64,000 bases of DNA from the human T2T-CHM13v2.0 reference genome, Homo sapiens. A model generated the notes under the pieces. That model was not told where the DNA came from. It did not search any database and saw nothing but the letters and a program-made list of their open reading frames with translations. Position 1 is the first letter of the stretch, and each line of letters begins with the position of its first letter. Location of the stretch: the NCBI RefSeq assembly GCF_009914755.1, contig NC_060926.1; one strand, given 5' to 3'. Made by a program: the position numbers and the translations under genes. Of the stretch, positions 32,509 through 50,360 are shown piece by piece.

Positions 32509-35039
32509 TGTTTATGGTAGGGAAGAATAAACAGTAAAGTTCTCGATTAAGGTTCTAGTGATATTTAATTTTCTCTGAGAGTGCTTGTCTTCAGTTTCAT
32601 CACAGGTAGATGTCAGTGAATGCTAATGGACTGAAATAATACACAGTAAAAATAATATTTTTCTACTTTTTTAGTTTCATTTTTTGATTTCATGAATGTG
32701 ATTGGAATCCATCCAGTATATTTTTGTAGAAATATCATCAACACAGAGAATATCTAAGAAAGTAAACTTCCTTCAATATGGAAGAGTAATATGTATGACT
32801 CATGAATTCTATAATACATCTTCACTGCTGTAGATTAACTTTTGTGACATAGCTACTGTCTGAATATGACATATTGCATACTTCGGAAGTACAATGCAGT
32901 TAAATACCTTAGGCAACTGAAGAGTGTTCCCAATGAAAACATTCAATAAGCAACTGAAGTACATTTTAATGGCAACGCAACTGAATGAAAGGTACTTTTG
33001 AGTCTGTGCTAGACTTTTATTCCTGTGTAACTGGACCAAGACTTAATAATCAGAATGGAAATAATCCACATTGGAAACCACTAGTGAATAATTCTTCAGT
33101 TAAATACAAATATTTAGCTCACATGTAATCGAACTAAATATTTTGTTCCTCAAGTAATGTATAGAGATGTATCATGCCTGACCAGATCCTGAGAAATAAT
33201 AATTAAGCAAGTGGTCATTGTTTTACTGGTTTCTGCTCAATTATTAAATCGCTATTTGAAGTCATGTAAGAAGATATGTTTTTGCATTTTCATGTAGAAT
33301 TATGAGTAATATGAACCACAAATTACCCAGTTTTTTGCTGCTGCTCCTATAGTTCAAAACAGTTGACTGAGAAGGGTTAAAAACATAAAACATGATTCTC
33401 TCTCCTCTACCAATGTGCTACAATAAAGAAGTAGCTAAAACAAAAACCTGTTCCCGGTAACATTAGTTTTAGACTTAAAAACATTAATATTGATAATCAC
33501 AGAAAGGAAGAAAACAGTGAGTATGTAATCCAATTTAATCAACAATATTGTTTTTCAGAAGCAGTAAAAAGGTCTCAAAAGTGTCACATATTGCATTGTT
33601 GGTCTAGGTTTGTCTAAGACCCACTTTTATCAGCTCTGGCCATATTTTGTACTATTGGATGGAATTACATCTTGATAAAAATTATATAACAAAGTTTATG
33701 GATGAATGGAATTTATACTCCAAAAATCCACAAATCAATACTTTTGATTTTCTATTAAGCCCTTTAATAAAAGAGATAGTCTTCTAAATTAAAAAGTTAA
33801 TAAAGGAATCAACTAACTTTTCCTATTACAGAGATGAGAATCAAGTTTATATGAAAAAAGTTCATGTCTATCTTTAAAATATCATGTCTTCTTTTGCTCT
33901 GTAATAAAGAACCAATAATAAAGTGGAAAAAAATCAATTCTCAAGAAACTCATTTTTATCTGAACAGAGGAAGATGAATATTTGGAACCAAGTCACTAGG
34001 AGCACAGAAAATTTGAAATAAAATGTCATACTTGTTTTAATTAAGTATAATAGAATCACAATTTGAACAGTTTATAAAAGATACATAGGCTCACTAAGTT
34101 TTAGTGACACAGGATAATGGAGCTAATTATGTAGTCATTTTCAGTATATCTCCCTTGATACCAAGACTACTTTATATTTTAGGGATTTTAAAATTTCACT
34201 CTTGTCAAACTCTAAAATTTTCTAAGATCTACTAGTTCCCCAATTTCCATTGTAGGCTGGAAGAAAATGAAAGAAAAAAAAAAAGAAAATGAAGAAAACA
34301 AAATATTATGTGAAATGACCACAGTATTAAGAGGCAGGACTTGGAGAGAACAATAAATTTAAATCACTGTTTTTCAGAACTAGAGAAAATTATATCCATT
34401 CTGTTTTAATGGAAAGCCAAAATTTGTAAGATAGTAATAACCACCAAGTGTGAATTACCATATTCTTGATTTAAGAGGTGATAAAGGAGCCAAAAAAGCT
34501 GGATACATACCATTATGTCAAATTTATTTTAAAAAATTGTTAGAGTTTCAGATTAGAAACTACATTAAAGTCATGTTTTCATACACACACACAAACACAC
34601 TTATTTTTCATACACATACACACACACATCTATTTATGACAGTGATGGTAAACTAAATTCAAATAACAGCAAAATAATCCTAACATTCATATCCACTTTA
34701 TTTAACTAGAGACATTATGTTGGCCAACAAATTTGCTTATTGAATCAAACAATTAATTATGAGTGGTCCAGGACCAGTATGTAGTTATTTATTTTCTTAG
34801 AAATTGCTGCAATCTGGGGGAGCTAGGAGGCAATGTAAATAAGCTTTTAAATATCAAGGAATGTAGTTTGAAATCAAACTCATGTAATACTACATACTCT
34901 CCTTACTGGATGCAAAGCTGGAAAGTATCCTTGTCTGACACACCATTCATTAACCCTACATACTCATGGGTACCTCCCCTGTACCACACACTGCCAGGTA
35001 CTATGCACAGAGCAGACAACAAAAGAGTTCATGTTCCTC

Positions 35040-37100
<2,061 letters not shown>

Positions 37101-37463
37101 TTTCATGTTCCTGCTGTCATGGAACACATTGCTTACCTGCCACACACTTGATTGAAACAACATATTTTTATTGTGTCTTATACGGTGCCCAATAACAATA
37201 ATAATCAGTGTGTCATTTGAAGGCACATATTCGAATCACTCCTTAAAATTATACAATGGCTCAATATTGGCTAAAAAGTTATGTTGAAGCCCTTTGGCAT
37301 TTAAGGTGTTCTCTTCTCACATATTATGTCACCCAACCTGTGCCCTTCTACATGTGCCATGATTCCTGACATCAGCAGAGCATCCATATGCTGTACATTG
37401 GAGCCCCTGGCTCAGAGGACTATATTATTTCATATATCTGGCATTTTTAAAGTTAGTTATCAC

Positions 37464-37495
<32 letters not shown>

Positions 37496-37502
37496 ATTTT
37501 AA

Positions 37503-37791
<289 letters not shown>

Positions 37792-38239
37792 TGATTTTCT
37801 ATTGATAAAGCCAAGGTTTGAAGGTAATAAATTCATTTCTGAGGTCTCACAGCTAATAAATAATCCCTTGAGATTCAAAACCAGGTGTATCTGACTCCAA
37901 TGAAGAGCTTTTTAAAAATTTCCTCATGATGGATTACCTGTTTATCCCTCAAGTACTTATTCAAATGTCACTTTTCACACAGTTTTTCTTTATTGGAGAT
38001 TATCTTTCTCACCTTTGAACTCTGCTGTTATAAAACACGACAATGACACAATTCTTACCTTTTGCAAAAACTACAATTCTGCATATGCCTCATTTTTTTT
38101 TCTTTCTCTAACGTAAATTTGTGAGAAAAAGGACTGTGTTTTGTTTATCACTAAGTTGCCCATAAGAGTTGTTGAGCAGAATGGGTAATACATGGAAAGT
38201 GTCAGATCCATGCATCTGTCACTGGTCCCAGTGTTGGAG

Positions 38240-38615
38240 ACACTGTGGTGCCTTATGCAGATCTCCTTTACTAAACAGGAGTATCCAATTCCTCACTGGT
38301 GCTTTTGTAGTGAGGACTCGCACATACCCTCCTTCTCCAGATAATTGTGCTTAACTGGTTGAAGCAGCTTTGCTTGGAACATCACAGCCCCAAGGCCAAT
38401 TAATGATTGATGGGGCATATCAAAAGCAGATCCCCTTGCCTGTCATAAATTTATACTCCAAATAGTGGCTCAAACCAAGACTAGCCTCGACCTGAAACAC
38501 AGTTTACTGTGCTCCTTCCCCTTCTCTCCCTCTGTCTTTACAGCTTTCTTCTGCATACAACTACCGTCATAAATGACTTTTACAAGAATTCTCATTTTAG
38601 GCACTCGCCTAAGTA
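38240..38615 (+). mobile_element. LTR16-like (ERVL) solo LTR relic
   Basis: cccaaggccaattaatgattgatgggg and terminal ataaatgacttttacaagaattctcattttaggcact resemble LTR16. Boundaries approximate. Confidence 0.5.
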
Positions 38616-40221
38616 CCGTGCTACAGGTAATTCCACAAACTGCTGCCAGTGTCATTCTTTAAAATAAAAACATGTTACATATACTATTAATAATGATTAT
38701 GTAAAATAACACCAAAGAAGTATTTTAAAAATAAAAACTGTGTTTGAGATTATGCCACTTACCTTGCCGTATTCTTCAAATAGCTCTCTTCAAAGCTAGA
38801 ATAGAATCCAGTTTTGCATTTGAGTCACCTTACCATCCTCATATCTTCCATTCTCTTGAATTGTTTCTATGCTTCTGGGCATACTCACCTTCTTTCTGTT
38901 TTCATGCTAAGCTAATTCCTTACTCAGAACGTACTATTCTATTTTCTTAAAAAACTCTTTCCTCATATTCACTTCACTTGCTGCCTCTCTTTAGTCAGGT
39001 CTCTCTTTCAATATCCCCCTGCTACAGATAACTTCTCTGATCATAACTAAAATAGTACCTCCATTGACAGCCCATCTCTTACTTTGCTTTTCTGTATAGC
39101 ATGTATAACAATGTGACAGTATATATAAATACATATTCTATCCTCTATAGGAAGATAGATTTCATGAGGGTTAGAACTTGCTTCACATTGTTTCTTCAGC
39201 ATTTGGAACAATTTCTGGCACATGGTAGACATTCAATGGGCATATTTGTTAAAGCATGGGATGAAAACAGATTTATGTAAATAGACTAAATTTCAAATAT
39301 TGCTTCTCCCCATAAAGAGTAAAAACAATCTAAATGAATGGAAAGGTATAAAACACATTAAAGATTAATAAGAATATAAGCACTAAATATAAATAGTTTA
39401 AACTACAAAAGATATTACAATGCATAATTATTAAATAATATGTACTACGAACAATGCATTATGTCCTTTCTGTGGAGGTATAGTCGGTGGAGGGTAGGTG
39501 GCACAGAGCCCTTGAGGCTCCTGTAGTCTGAAAATGTTTTACTGAAGAAGTGCCAAAGTTAGATGTACAAGATGGGAAAGATATAACTAGGTAGACAAAG
39601 GTTGGAAGGACATTCCAGATGGGGGAGCTGGGAGAAAAATGGCATGGGAGAAAGATCATGAAGACAGAAAAGATCTGAACTTCTGGGCAGTCCTGAGAAC
39701 ACAGATGCTTTGGAGTAGTAGCTTAGATGGCAAGGTGGCCAGGGAGATTAAAGCCATATTGAAAAGAGCTCTGAATGAAAAGGCAAAAAAAACAAAACAA
39801 AACAAAACAAAAAAAAAAAACACCAAACCTGTCTTTTACATAAGGTATTTATATTTAGCCACCTATTTGTTCATTTCATCTCTCATTCTCTAGGAATATT
39901 TCCAAATATCCCAACTTCATTAACATATATCTGTAAAAATACCCTAATGTATATGTATTGCTATAAACTGTCAAAATTTCATGCCTGTGAAATCCGACTA
40001 ATAGCCTTACAACTTAGGCAAGTTTCAAATAATATTCCTGTAATGTAACTGACAGTATAAGGACCTGATTTTCAAGTTGAGAAAATAGGAAATGAAATGT
40101 AAATAACTTCATAAAATCATACTCTAAATAGTTTTATCCACTTGTAAAAATACTTATATTGCCAACAACACTAGAAATAACTGTTAACAGTAATATACTT
40201 GTCATTCTGCTTCATATTTTA

Positions 40222-40362
<141 letters not shown>

Positions 40363-40418
40363 TCAGAGAGGTTAGCCTGGTGATGGTGCTGCTATAACCA
40401 GACTCTGCTCCGCAAAGC

Positions 40419-40575
40419 AGTGGCTCTTCAGACCACGTGCCTCAGAATCACCCCAGAGTCTCTTAAAAAGAGTCAACTCAAAACACACAGAATGAGAACC
40501 TCCAATAAATGGCCTGGGGAATCAACATTTTAAAGAAAGTCTTGCCTACACACGTTAATATTTGAGAATCATTGT
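40419..40575. mobile_element. MER5-like hAT-Charlie relic
   Basis: cagtggctcttca...cagaatcacc...ggcctggggaatcaacattttaa...tttgagaatcattg. Confidence 0.6.
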
Positions 40576-41402
40576 ATACTATGATGTACTACAGCTCATT
40601 ATTTAATATCCAAAATTCAATTTTGAAAATTTCATTAAAACTCAGAGAAAAAATATTTCCACCACATGAAACTCCCCTTTTGTTTTAACAGAATAGTCAT
40701 TTTATTATGGATGCTGTATGAACACGCTATTTTTTTTATAGAGAAGTAACTATTTTCCCAAACAGAAATTATTCTTTAATTTGGAAGACTGCATAATTCT
40801 AATAATTAAGTATAAGTTGTCTCTTTTTACTCAGGAGTTATCAATCCACTTATAGATGATTAAGATTTTTAGTTAACATTTTTCTATTTCCTTTTTGGCC
40901 ATTGCCTGTAGGTTTACATCTCTAACTAAAAGAAGGAAATGTCTGTAACACACTCTTTAAATTTGTGTGTGTGTGTGCATGTGTATATATATATATGTGT
41001 GTGTGTGTACCTTCATCTTTTATTACCATAGAGAAAAATGTTAGTACTCTACATGTAATGTGTTTGATATTACGTTTAATATTTTAATAATTCAATTTTA
41101 GATTATAAACATCACACCAGGCTCATTATTCTGCAATACACACATATAACCATGCACAGACACACATACAGACACACAGGCATACTGAATGCATAATACA
41201 GGAATATTTCAGAAAAAAAATTTGTATCATCATTTGGTATGAATAGGACATGCTTTTTTACAGAAGAAATAGTACAAGGATATTTAAAAGCATGTGACAC
41301 TATTACACATTGAACACTCATTACAGAGACAAAATCTATAGAGCATAATTTCTAAAAAGGATATTCATTATCAAGAAATAGAAATACTAAGCCATTAACC
41401 TA

Positions 41403-41627
<225 letters not shown>

Positions 41628-41879
41628 CTACAAGGAAACAAAACAACACACCACGGTATTTTCAACAGGAAATTAGCGGAGTTTTCTGTATCTTTACATT
41701 GAAGTTATGGGGGAATTGTAAGAACATAGTCATGAGTTAATTGCTATATAGATGTCAAAAAGATATTTAATGCTATTTTCAATCTTTGCAGATGTATTAT
41801 CTGCATGAATCTTAATTGTACAGATCACTGGAGTTTAACCAGATTGCACCTGTTTAACCATTACTCTGCTGAAATATTT

Positions 41880-42380
41880 CCAGAACCATAGGAGGTTCAC
41901 CCGTGACTTCCTGCAGTCAATATTTTCCTTAGAGTAACCATAATTCTGATATCTAACACCACAGATTAGTGGCGTAAAATGTAACAAAGAATCATAGTCT
42001 TTCATTCCAGAAATCTTTTGTTCAACATCATGACTATGAAATGTATCCTTATTTTGTATATATCAATTTTTAATCTTTTCATTGCTCAGTAGTATTTGTT
42101 TACTGTTCTGACAATATCCACTTGGCTTGGTTACAGTCTTAGGCCATTACAACTAAAGTTATGGATAGTTTAGTACTTTTTTTTTTTTTGATGGATACAA
42201 ACACTCAATTTCTTTGGGTATTTACCAAGGAATAGAATTAGTGTCTTCAAGTTTATGCACACTTAGCTTGATAGGATGCTGCTAGAAAAAATTTTCAAAG
42301 AGTTTGTAGCAATTTACGATCTTTTCAGCAATGTGAGAAAAACTCAGATGCTCTGCATCCTCACCACACATAATTTTGTT
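41880..42380 (-). mobile_element. Old L1M (L1ME-like) fragment
   Basis: tttctttgggtatttaccaaggaatagaatt...caaagagtttgtagcaatttac...cagcaatgtgagaa...gctctgcatcctcacca. Confidence 0.55.
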
Positions 42381-45300
42381 CTACAATTGAAAAAATGATT
42401 AGTATGGCTAGACACATTTAGGGTAATACTATATCTTAACATCTTTTGAGGAAAGTCACAATATCTGTTATTTATCTTACATTTGATAGGTTGGATTATC
42501 TTAACATTCTGTTTTACTGTATTACTGTGAGACAAAGGTAGCAGAATTCATTGAGACTGGACAGCAAGAAAAATAACTTATTTTCTGTGCCCTTCAATTA
42601 ACTTGATCACTTTGAGCAGGAACTAGTGTAGTAATTAATTTGACATGGCTAGGTTTATTGTGCATAACCAAAAGTGAGAAGGTATTCCCAGGGGTATTAT
42701 GGCAAGAGTAGAAACAATTATTTGAAGGTGATTACAACTAGATGTGTAATCAATACGTAACAGCATCTTTAAGACCTGAGAAGCAGTGGAAATATGAGTT
42801 TTTAACACATGAAGTCTTCTTGTGTGGGTTCGGAGGAACCAATATTATCAATCAGTGGACTTGGATTAAAAGAAAAGAAACTGAACATCTCAAAAAGAAC
42901 ACGGGATGCCAAGAAACAGGAATTGCAAATCACTGTCTGCCGCATGATTACTGGGATCTCAAGGAAAATACGGCTTACATTAAACACAGAATCCATAGAC
43001 AATTTCCAATGCTGTTTATGATCAGTTCTTTGACCTATTGGACTTTAAAACTGAAATTATGAAATTTTATTACCCTATTTCTCAACTTTAACAATAAATG
43101 TTATCCATATAACCAGTGATATCTCAGTTACCTGAATTAAATGTAAAGCACTCCGCAATACAGTATACTCTAGAAATGTCATATAAATAATATTCATAGA
43201 TGTTTAGAATATAAATATTTGTCCTAGCCAAACCAAAAAATCATTTTCAAATGCTCCAGTATCATTTAAGCTAACCGTATTTTTATTTTCAACTTGTCAT
43301 CATTTAAAAGTAAATATATCACCAAATGTCATGTGCATGTCAGTGTGAATCATAAATCTACAAACATGAAAGACAATGGGAAAAATCACCATTATAAGCT
43401 GTTTTAAGCCTGCTGAAGCATATGTGTAATTTTCTAACACTTATGACACAAACCTTTATGACATAAAACTTATAATGCCCTTTGTCTGATTGAGCATAGA
43501 AAAAGTATCTATTTTCTGTTTGTGAGATGTAAATGTTTACACCTTATTTTCAATCCTCATGGTATCCCTGGTAAAATATGTCATATTCCATGCAAGTTCC
43601 ACTTCTGTTGAATTTAGGATTTTCATTTCATTTAATTCATTCTCAAAAAATTCTGATTATCCTTCAACTTTAGACTTCTAAACCTAGACTGATGCCAATT
43701 AATAACCCAGTTTCCTAATGTTCATAGAGCATTCAGAAGTTTGATTTAGTGATACTTTTTCAAGTAAACAGGCTGGTGAAGATTTTACTAAGGGTGAATT
43801 GTAGAAGGATAAATTTAGGTCACATTTCTAGGGTAAAGAACATGGATTAGAAAAACGAAAAAAAAAACTTACTTTTCATGATAAGTACAAGTTATATTGA
43901 TGACTTGCAGAGCCATTTAATATATACATTTATTCTCCTTCTTCTGGAACAAGGAATCCCTAATGTCATTCAAGTAACAACTAAAGCAGTTAGAATATGG
44001 GGTAAAAAATAGACACATGCAATTAATTCAAACTAAATTTATGATATCATAAATGACAAGATGATTCTCAGAGAATAATGGCAGAGGGTGGAGATGTTAC
44101 CAGGTGTTCATCCTCAATGACTCACAATAAACTAAATGCTTATTTATTTTCAACACTGAAGAGAGAATAACAAAACAAAAGACAATAAGGAGGAAGAGGG
44201 AAGAAAGGAGCAGAGGAGGAAGAAGACAACCCTATCAGAAGGTGACAACATATTAACCTACTCTCAACCTATGGCCAAATTAGGAAATCACCCTTTGTAC
44301 TGAGCTTCACAGGAATGAAATAATCTCTACCATTCACATCTTGACCAGGATTCTGAATAGTATTAACCATATAAAAGGGAGTCTGATATTGAATGGATGT
44401 TCACTGGAAGATGAAAGGCAGAAACCCCTGTTGGATCTTCATATTATGATCACACAATTTATTTAAGGAGAGTTACCAAAATCAATCAGGTAAACACAAA
44501 AAAATGGAAACACACAGGAAAAGTACACTGACATTCTGAGAGTGGAAATGAAGATTGACATGGGAAAACAGAACAGGAGAGCTAAGCTACTTGCCTTAAA
44601 AAATCATGAAGCAAAACAAACAAGCATACCAGATTGGAGAGAAGAAAATATAAAAATTTCACTTGCCCCATTGGCTAGCTCACTAGACAGGCACACCCAT
44701 GAAATAGAGACACTAATCAAATGTGTCCTGTTTGAGAGACTGCAGAAGCATGCAGCTTCCCTGACAACAAAAGGGCATTTCTCATCTTGTTGCACAGAGT
44801 GGAAGACACATTTTGACTGCTTTCTTCAGACAGACGATTTCTTTTCTAACAAGCTCTCTAAATACACAGCCAGTTTTGAGACCTGAGGCATCCTTCTTTG
44901 TAGGAATGCATTAGTCAAATGAATGAAACCCTTACATCTTACAAAAAAAGTGACAGCTTGATTGTAACAAAATTAGAGGTTACTAGTTTAAATTACTAAT
45001 CCTTTATAGGTGTAGATTGTAAGGTATCTGTCACAATTCCAGCTTCAATAAACTGAAGATATAAGTCACTGAAGACATTTGTTTTAAAACAGGAAAAAGG
45101 AAAAACATGTGACAGGGGAGTTCAAGCATTTGAGCCATGAAAATACTGCTGTCTGTTTTAACAAATTTCTTACAGTTAGCAATATACTTTAAGAAAATTT
45201 AGTTTACACAGGATACATTGAGGTGATATCACATATTTATTTGTGATTTTTTTCATCTTGGTGTACATCTAAGAATAGAAAATTTGAGTTGTTTTATTAA

Positions 45301-47794
45301 AGTTAGTTATCTCCCAATGGAATTGTATTAAAACAAAGATGTAGAACCACTGTCAAGAAATTGTGTGCGTGTGTGTCTCTGTAGGATATTTTACTAAATG
45401 AAAAGACTATTTACATTTTGCTCCTCAAAATATGAATCGGATTCACTTCCAATGAGTGGATGTAAAATAATGACTACACAAATTCTAAATATTACTAAAT
45501 TCTATTGACTTAATAATGTTATTAAAATATCCAAATATTTCATATATCAATCAAGGAGCTCATACAGCAGTGGAGAAATCCTAAGTGAACTAAGAAAAAG
45601 TTATATTTAGAGCTAGAATGTGTACGCGATTAAAAAAAAACTATTGCAGAGATGAAAACTTTGGCTTCTATTTATGATTTATACTGAACAATAGATTATT
45701 TCAATCTGAGTAATTTTAAGGCTGCAATGATCTACATTAGGACCATGTCAACTTGGAATAAACTTCTATTAGACGAAAAAGAAACTTCAGACATAATTCT
45801 CAGTTGTTGAAAAAGACCAAATTTGTCTTTGAATTAAAGACTCAATAATATATGTGATTTTGTTACTCTTTTTTTTTTAAGCCTCTTCAGTGTTCTTTAA
45901 CCTTTTATTCCTGATTCACCTCGGTCCTCCATAAAAAGAAAGACTGGCTCTCTAAAGCTTTATTCACACTATCAGAAAAACAAAGATATCACAGATGATT
46001 ATAAAACACACTGAATTTGGAATCAGAAGAACTGATTTAAATCCTAGTCCTAGTTTCTCTGTATATTATAAGGTGTATAAAATAAAGACTTTGGATTAGA
46101 TGGTCTTTGAACATGTCTAGCTCCTAAACAGTAAATTGTATAACAGTTTGAAATATTATCCATTCTGGGTAAGTGTGCATTTCATATAGCCTTAAATACA
46201 TATCTATGGTAATTGCTCATTTTTAGGCATTAGTTAGTGAGTGAATAATTTGTTGGTGCTTGGGGTGCTAATTCCGATATTATTCTCCTTCCTTATTTCC
46301 AGGTCATTCACATATGTGAAATAAGGAAATAAGGAAGTAGGATACCTCTGACAATTACAATTTAAACATGCATAACATTCGAGAAATAATTCAGGGTTAC
46401 CTGAGAGTAAACCTGTCAAAACGATTGGTTGAGGAGTAAATTTAAGTTAAAATTAAAAAAAAAAATAAGTAGATTCTAACTTTTAAAATTAACATGTCAC
46501 ATTACATATCCAAAGTTTTGTTTTTTTTCTTGAAAATTAAGCCTACACGGTTTGGTATATCGAAACCAGGCTAACATTCCAGCATAGAAGAGCCAACTAC
46601 CTGCTGCACCCTCATTTAATTACATGTGTTCAGTTTGTGTCTATCACCAGTGTTCCCAATGTTTATACCTAACCTATTTCAATCATCTTACCTACATAAC
46701 TTCTTTATATAATCATTTTGCAACCAAAAGGAATTGAATTTAATAAAGAAATTATGTATCTATCAGAAAGAGGATGAAGACAGTAACAAACACATAGAAA
46801 AGTTAAGAGAAGCAAATGACAGTGTGTTTCCAGAATCATTAGGTAAGTTCCTTGTGGATCAACAGGAATTTTAGTCTTTGAAGCAGATGTGCATGTATAT
46901 ATGAATGATCTATATGATATACACAAAATAAATTGTGTTCTTATATCTCAGTGTCTCTCATCCATCAAATTCATTCAGATTATGAATACGTGTGTGTGCA
47001 CACACGTGCTAGGTAAATATAGGAAATGCTGAGTTTCGTAGATCATTTTCTTGCCAGCTTCATTATAATTTTCTAGCATTTTATTACTCCTTAAACTGAC
47101 AATAAAATTTCCAAGTCTAAACAGAACCTAGAAAAATAAAGGGGTCACCTTGTAGGCTACTTTCTAGGCATAAAATTAACATTCTTCAGTCTTTCTTTGA
47201 GCATGTCCCTTCAAATGACAACAGAGCCTTTGGAAGACCTAAAAACACATTATGTGGGATGAGATCTCTGATGCTTCAACAAGATCAAGACCATTCTCCA
47301 GGTGATAATAAGTATAATAATAATATAAGTAGTGTCTTTTTAATAAAAGAGCTTTGGTTAATTAGCAAAATTAAGGAAGACAGAAAAAAATAGCATGTAA
47401 ATGACTTTGAAGGGAAGATAAAAAGTTGCATTCTTGGTAGCGAAATATGGCCTATGTATGGCTGGAACAAAACGTTGTGTCTGGGGATATATATGTGCTT
47501 GTTTATAGCTATGTAAGAAAATGGGAGAGGTGTGATGGGAGATGAGGCTGAAAATGACTAAGAGGCTTGTAAACCAATGGTTTTTTAAAGGATATCCAGC
47601 AGAATAATTTACTTAGGGACATACGATGATCAGGTTAATGTTTTAAGAATATTTTGGCTATGGTGTGGAGAATGGCTTGGGTCTGGGGTGGATAGACAAA
47701 ACCAGAGGAGACTAACTTAATGAACTCCAGGGAGAAGAGAGGGAAAGTTAAATCGAGGTTTTTCTAAGACAAAGGTGGACAAAATATGGAATCT

Positions 47795-47885
47795 AAAAAA
47801 CCACGACGAGATCCCATCTCTCACAAGTTAGAATGGCTATTATTAAAACATCAAAAAAATAGCAGATGCTGGTGAGGCTATGTAA
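47795..47885 (+). mobile_element. Short L1 ORF2 3'-end fragment
   Basis: aaccacgacgagatcccatctc...agttagaatggctattattaaaacatcaaaaaaatagcagatgctggtgaggct. Confidence 0.7.
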
Positions 47886-48199
47886 GTATTATATAACTAT
47901 TTATTTGTGAATTCATTTTGCCACATATAATTTATAATTATTCTTTCAACTTTCATAGTACATACAACAACTTCATTCTTTAAGGTTTGGGAGAAAGATA
48001 CATACTCACATTTCCTGTTAGGCAATATATAACTAGCAAAAAAAAAAAACTTTGAAATTAAACTTTCAAGGAAAACCATGTATTTCTTACTATGGTTATA
48101 AAAATATTTACTATTCAGTGAAGGCCAATTATGCATGACATACTATAACCCTTCAGACACAAGAATGATTCATTATTAGGATCTCTATCATAGGGATTT

Positions 48200-49885
48200 C
48201 ATAATAGATGTGACTTCTCACAAATTAATCTAGAAATGCAATGCAACATCAATCTAATTCTAATGTGTTTATTCTTATAATATTCCAAAACAATTTTAGA
48301 AATAAAAAATGCAAGATTTTCAAATAATTTTTAAATGAATGACTGTGGAGTTCATATATAGAGATATGCTATAATGCTACAGAACATTTTTAAAATATGT
48401 TAATGGTGCACAGATCCACAAAGAGATCCAAAGAATAGGATGGGGACTCCATACTCACGTATACGTTTTGAGAGTTTAGTGCCACAGAACAATAGAAATC
48501 CCTACTCAATCACCAGAGAAATGAAAGACTAATATTTAGGGTGGAAGTTAAATCTCTACATCAAACCATATACACATAAATGCATTCAGATACATCAGAA
48601 ACATAAATATTTAAAAGTAAAAGTATTAAAAGAAAGAATAGAAAATGTGTGCATGTGCTGGATAAAAGACTTTCCTAAATATGATGTGATGTCCAGAAAC
48701 ACTGAAGGAAAAGACAGTCAGATCTGACTACATAAGAAGTAAATCTTCTATATAGCAAAAACCATCAGAAACAAAGCAAATTCATTTGAAGGAATTTTTT
48801 TTGTGTGTGGGGTGTATATCTTACAAAAGCTCAGTATTTACAGTATATAAATAGTGCATAATAAGATCTTATGGAAAATGAAACATTTTAAGGAAAAAAA
48901 TAAGCATAGATCAAAATAAGACCCTTGGAAGAAGCAGAATTTTGAATGTTTAATAAAACATGAGAAAATATGTTCAAACTTCACAGTATAGAAAATACAC
49001 ATCAAAAACAATTGGCAAAAGTTTATTAGTATTTTGATGCCGGTTTTGGCAATAGCATTAGGAAAAATTCAAATTCATATATTGCTGATCATTTTTTAAA
49101 AGTAGCCTTTATGAAGGCAATCTGAAAGTACTTATTCAAAATTAAGTGCGAATACTCTTTAATCTCGCATTTTCACTTCATAAAATGCCTGGACTATCTA
49201 ATACAGGCTTTGTTACCCTTATACTTGAAGATGACCGCTAAGACATTATTTGCAATAACAAGACAAAAATCAAACGAATTATGTATCTCAAAATATAAAT
49301 ATTGAAATGAAGGATGTTATATACATACTATGAGTGCAATCATTAAAAAATGGCATAGGTAAAATTAGCTGACACGGTAAGGTCTCAAAACTTGTTTAGT
49401 GAACAAAGTAAACAGCAGAAATGACTTTTTATGGTAAGATTCTACTACATATTGAAAAAACCCTAGTGACATACAAGTATGTAGGTTCATAAATAGGTAA
49501 ATAGCTAATCAAATGATGGTATATCCACGTAACAGCCAAAGAAAGAATGCCTTATTGATATATGCAACAATATGGATGAATCTCACAATCATTGTGCTGG
49601 GTGAAAGGGGACAGAGAAAAAAGGGTACTTACTATATACATAAAATTCTAGAAAGAGCAAACTAATCTACAAGGAAGAAAACAAATCAGTAGTTGCCTGG
49701 TGATGGGAGAGAAGTGGGCAGGGTCTGGGGGAATAGATTACTGAGGGAATTAGATGACCATATGGAAAGAGTTGGAGGTCATAGACACGTTCATTAGTTT
49801 GATTGCGATGATGGTCAGAACTTGTGAAATTGTATATGCTGTGTATATTTGAATATGTAGAGCTTATTTTATGACAATTATAGCT
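48200..49885 (+). mobile_element. Degraded old L1M (ME/MC) fragments
   Basis: agaaatgcaatgcaacatcaatc, gatctgactacataag, tatgcaacaatatggatgaatctcac...aaattctagaaa...atcagtagttgcctgg. Boundaries approximate. Confidence 0.55.
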
Positions 49886-50128
49886 TAAGCTTCTAAAAAT
49901 GCTCTAGATGTACCAGCATGTAAATTTATACAAAAATATTTGCATGGTACAGAACAAATTGATTGTCTATTAAGGGAACTGTGGACTTTGAGGAAACAGT
50001 ATAAGGAATCGTTTTCACTTTTTGGCATTCTGACTGCTGGGTTGTGAGTGAAAAGTGCAGCAAGGAGAGAAGTTAGGAGGCTACTGAACCAATTCAAAAG
50101 AAAGATGCCTGGCTCAAACCTAGGTGCC

Positions 50129-50360
50129 TTCAGCAAAGCTAACATAAAGTAGCCAACTCTTGGACATACCTTGAAGGTGTATTCAACAAGACTGCCTGAT
50201 TTATGAGTTATGACAGAAGGAAAGGAATCAGCAACAACTAATGATTCAGCAAAGCTAATATAAAGTAGCCAACTCTTGGACATACCTTGAAGGTGTATTC
50301 AACAAGACTGCCTGATTTATGAGTTATGACAGAAGGAAAGGAATCAGCAACAACTAATGA
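50129..50360. repeat. 116-bp near-perfect tandem duplication within L2-like sequence
   Basis: Copies at 50129-50244 and 50245-50360 with one mismatch (aacata/aatata). Confidence 0.97.

Noticed and set aside
42742-43062. Three overlapping short ORFs in non-obvious sequence
   Set aside because: No recognisable domain, and the LRP1B reading frame is complete without an extra exon here. A Dfam or BLAST search would settle its origin.
44369-44382. TATAAAAG box on the plus strand upstream of ORF 44542-44886
   Set aside because: Expected by chance in AT-rich DNA; no CpG island and no recognisable product.
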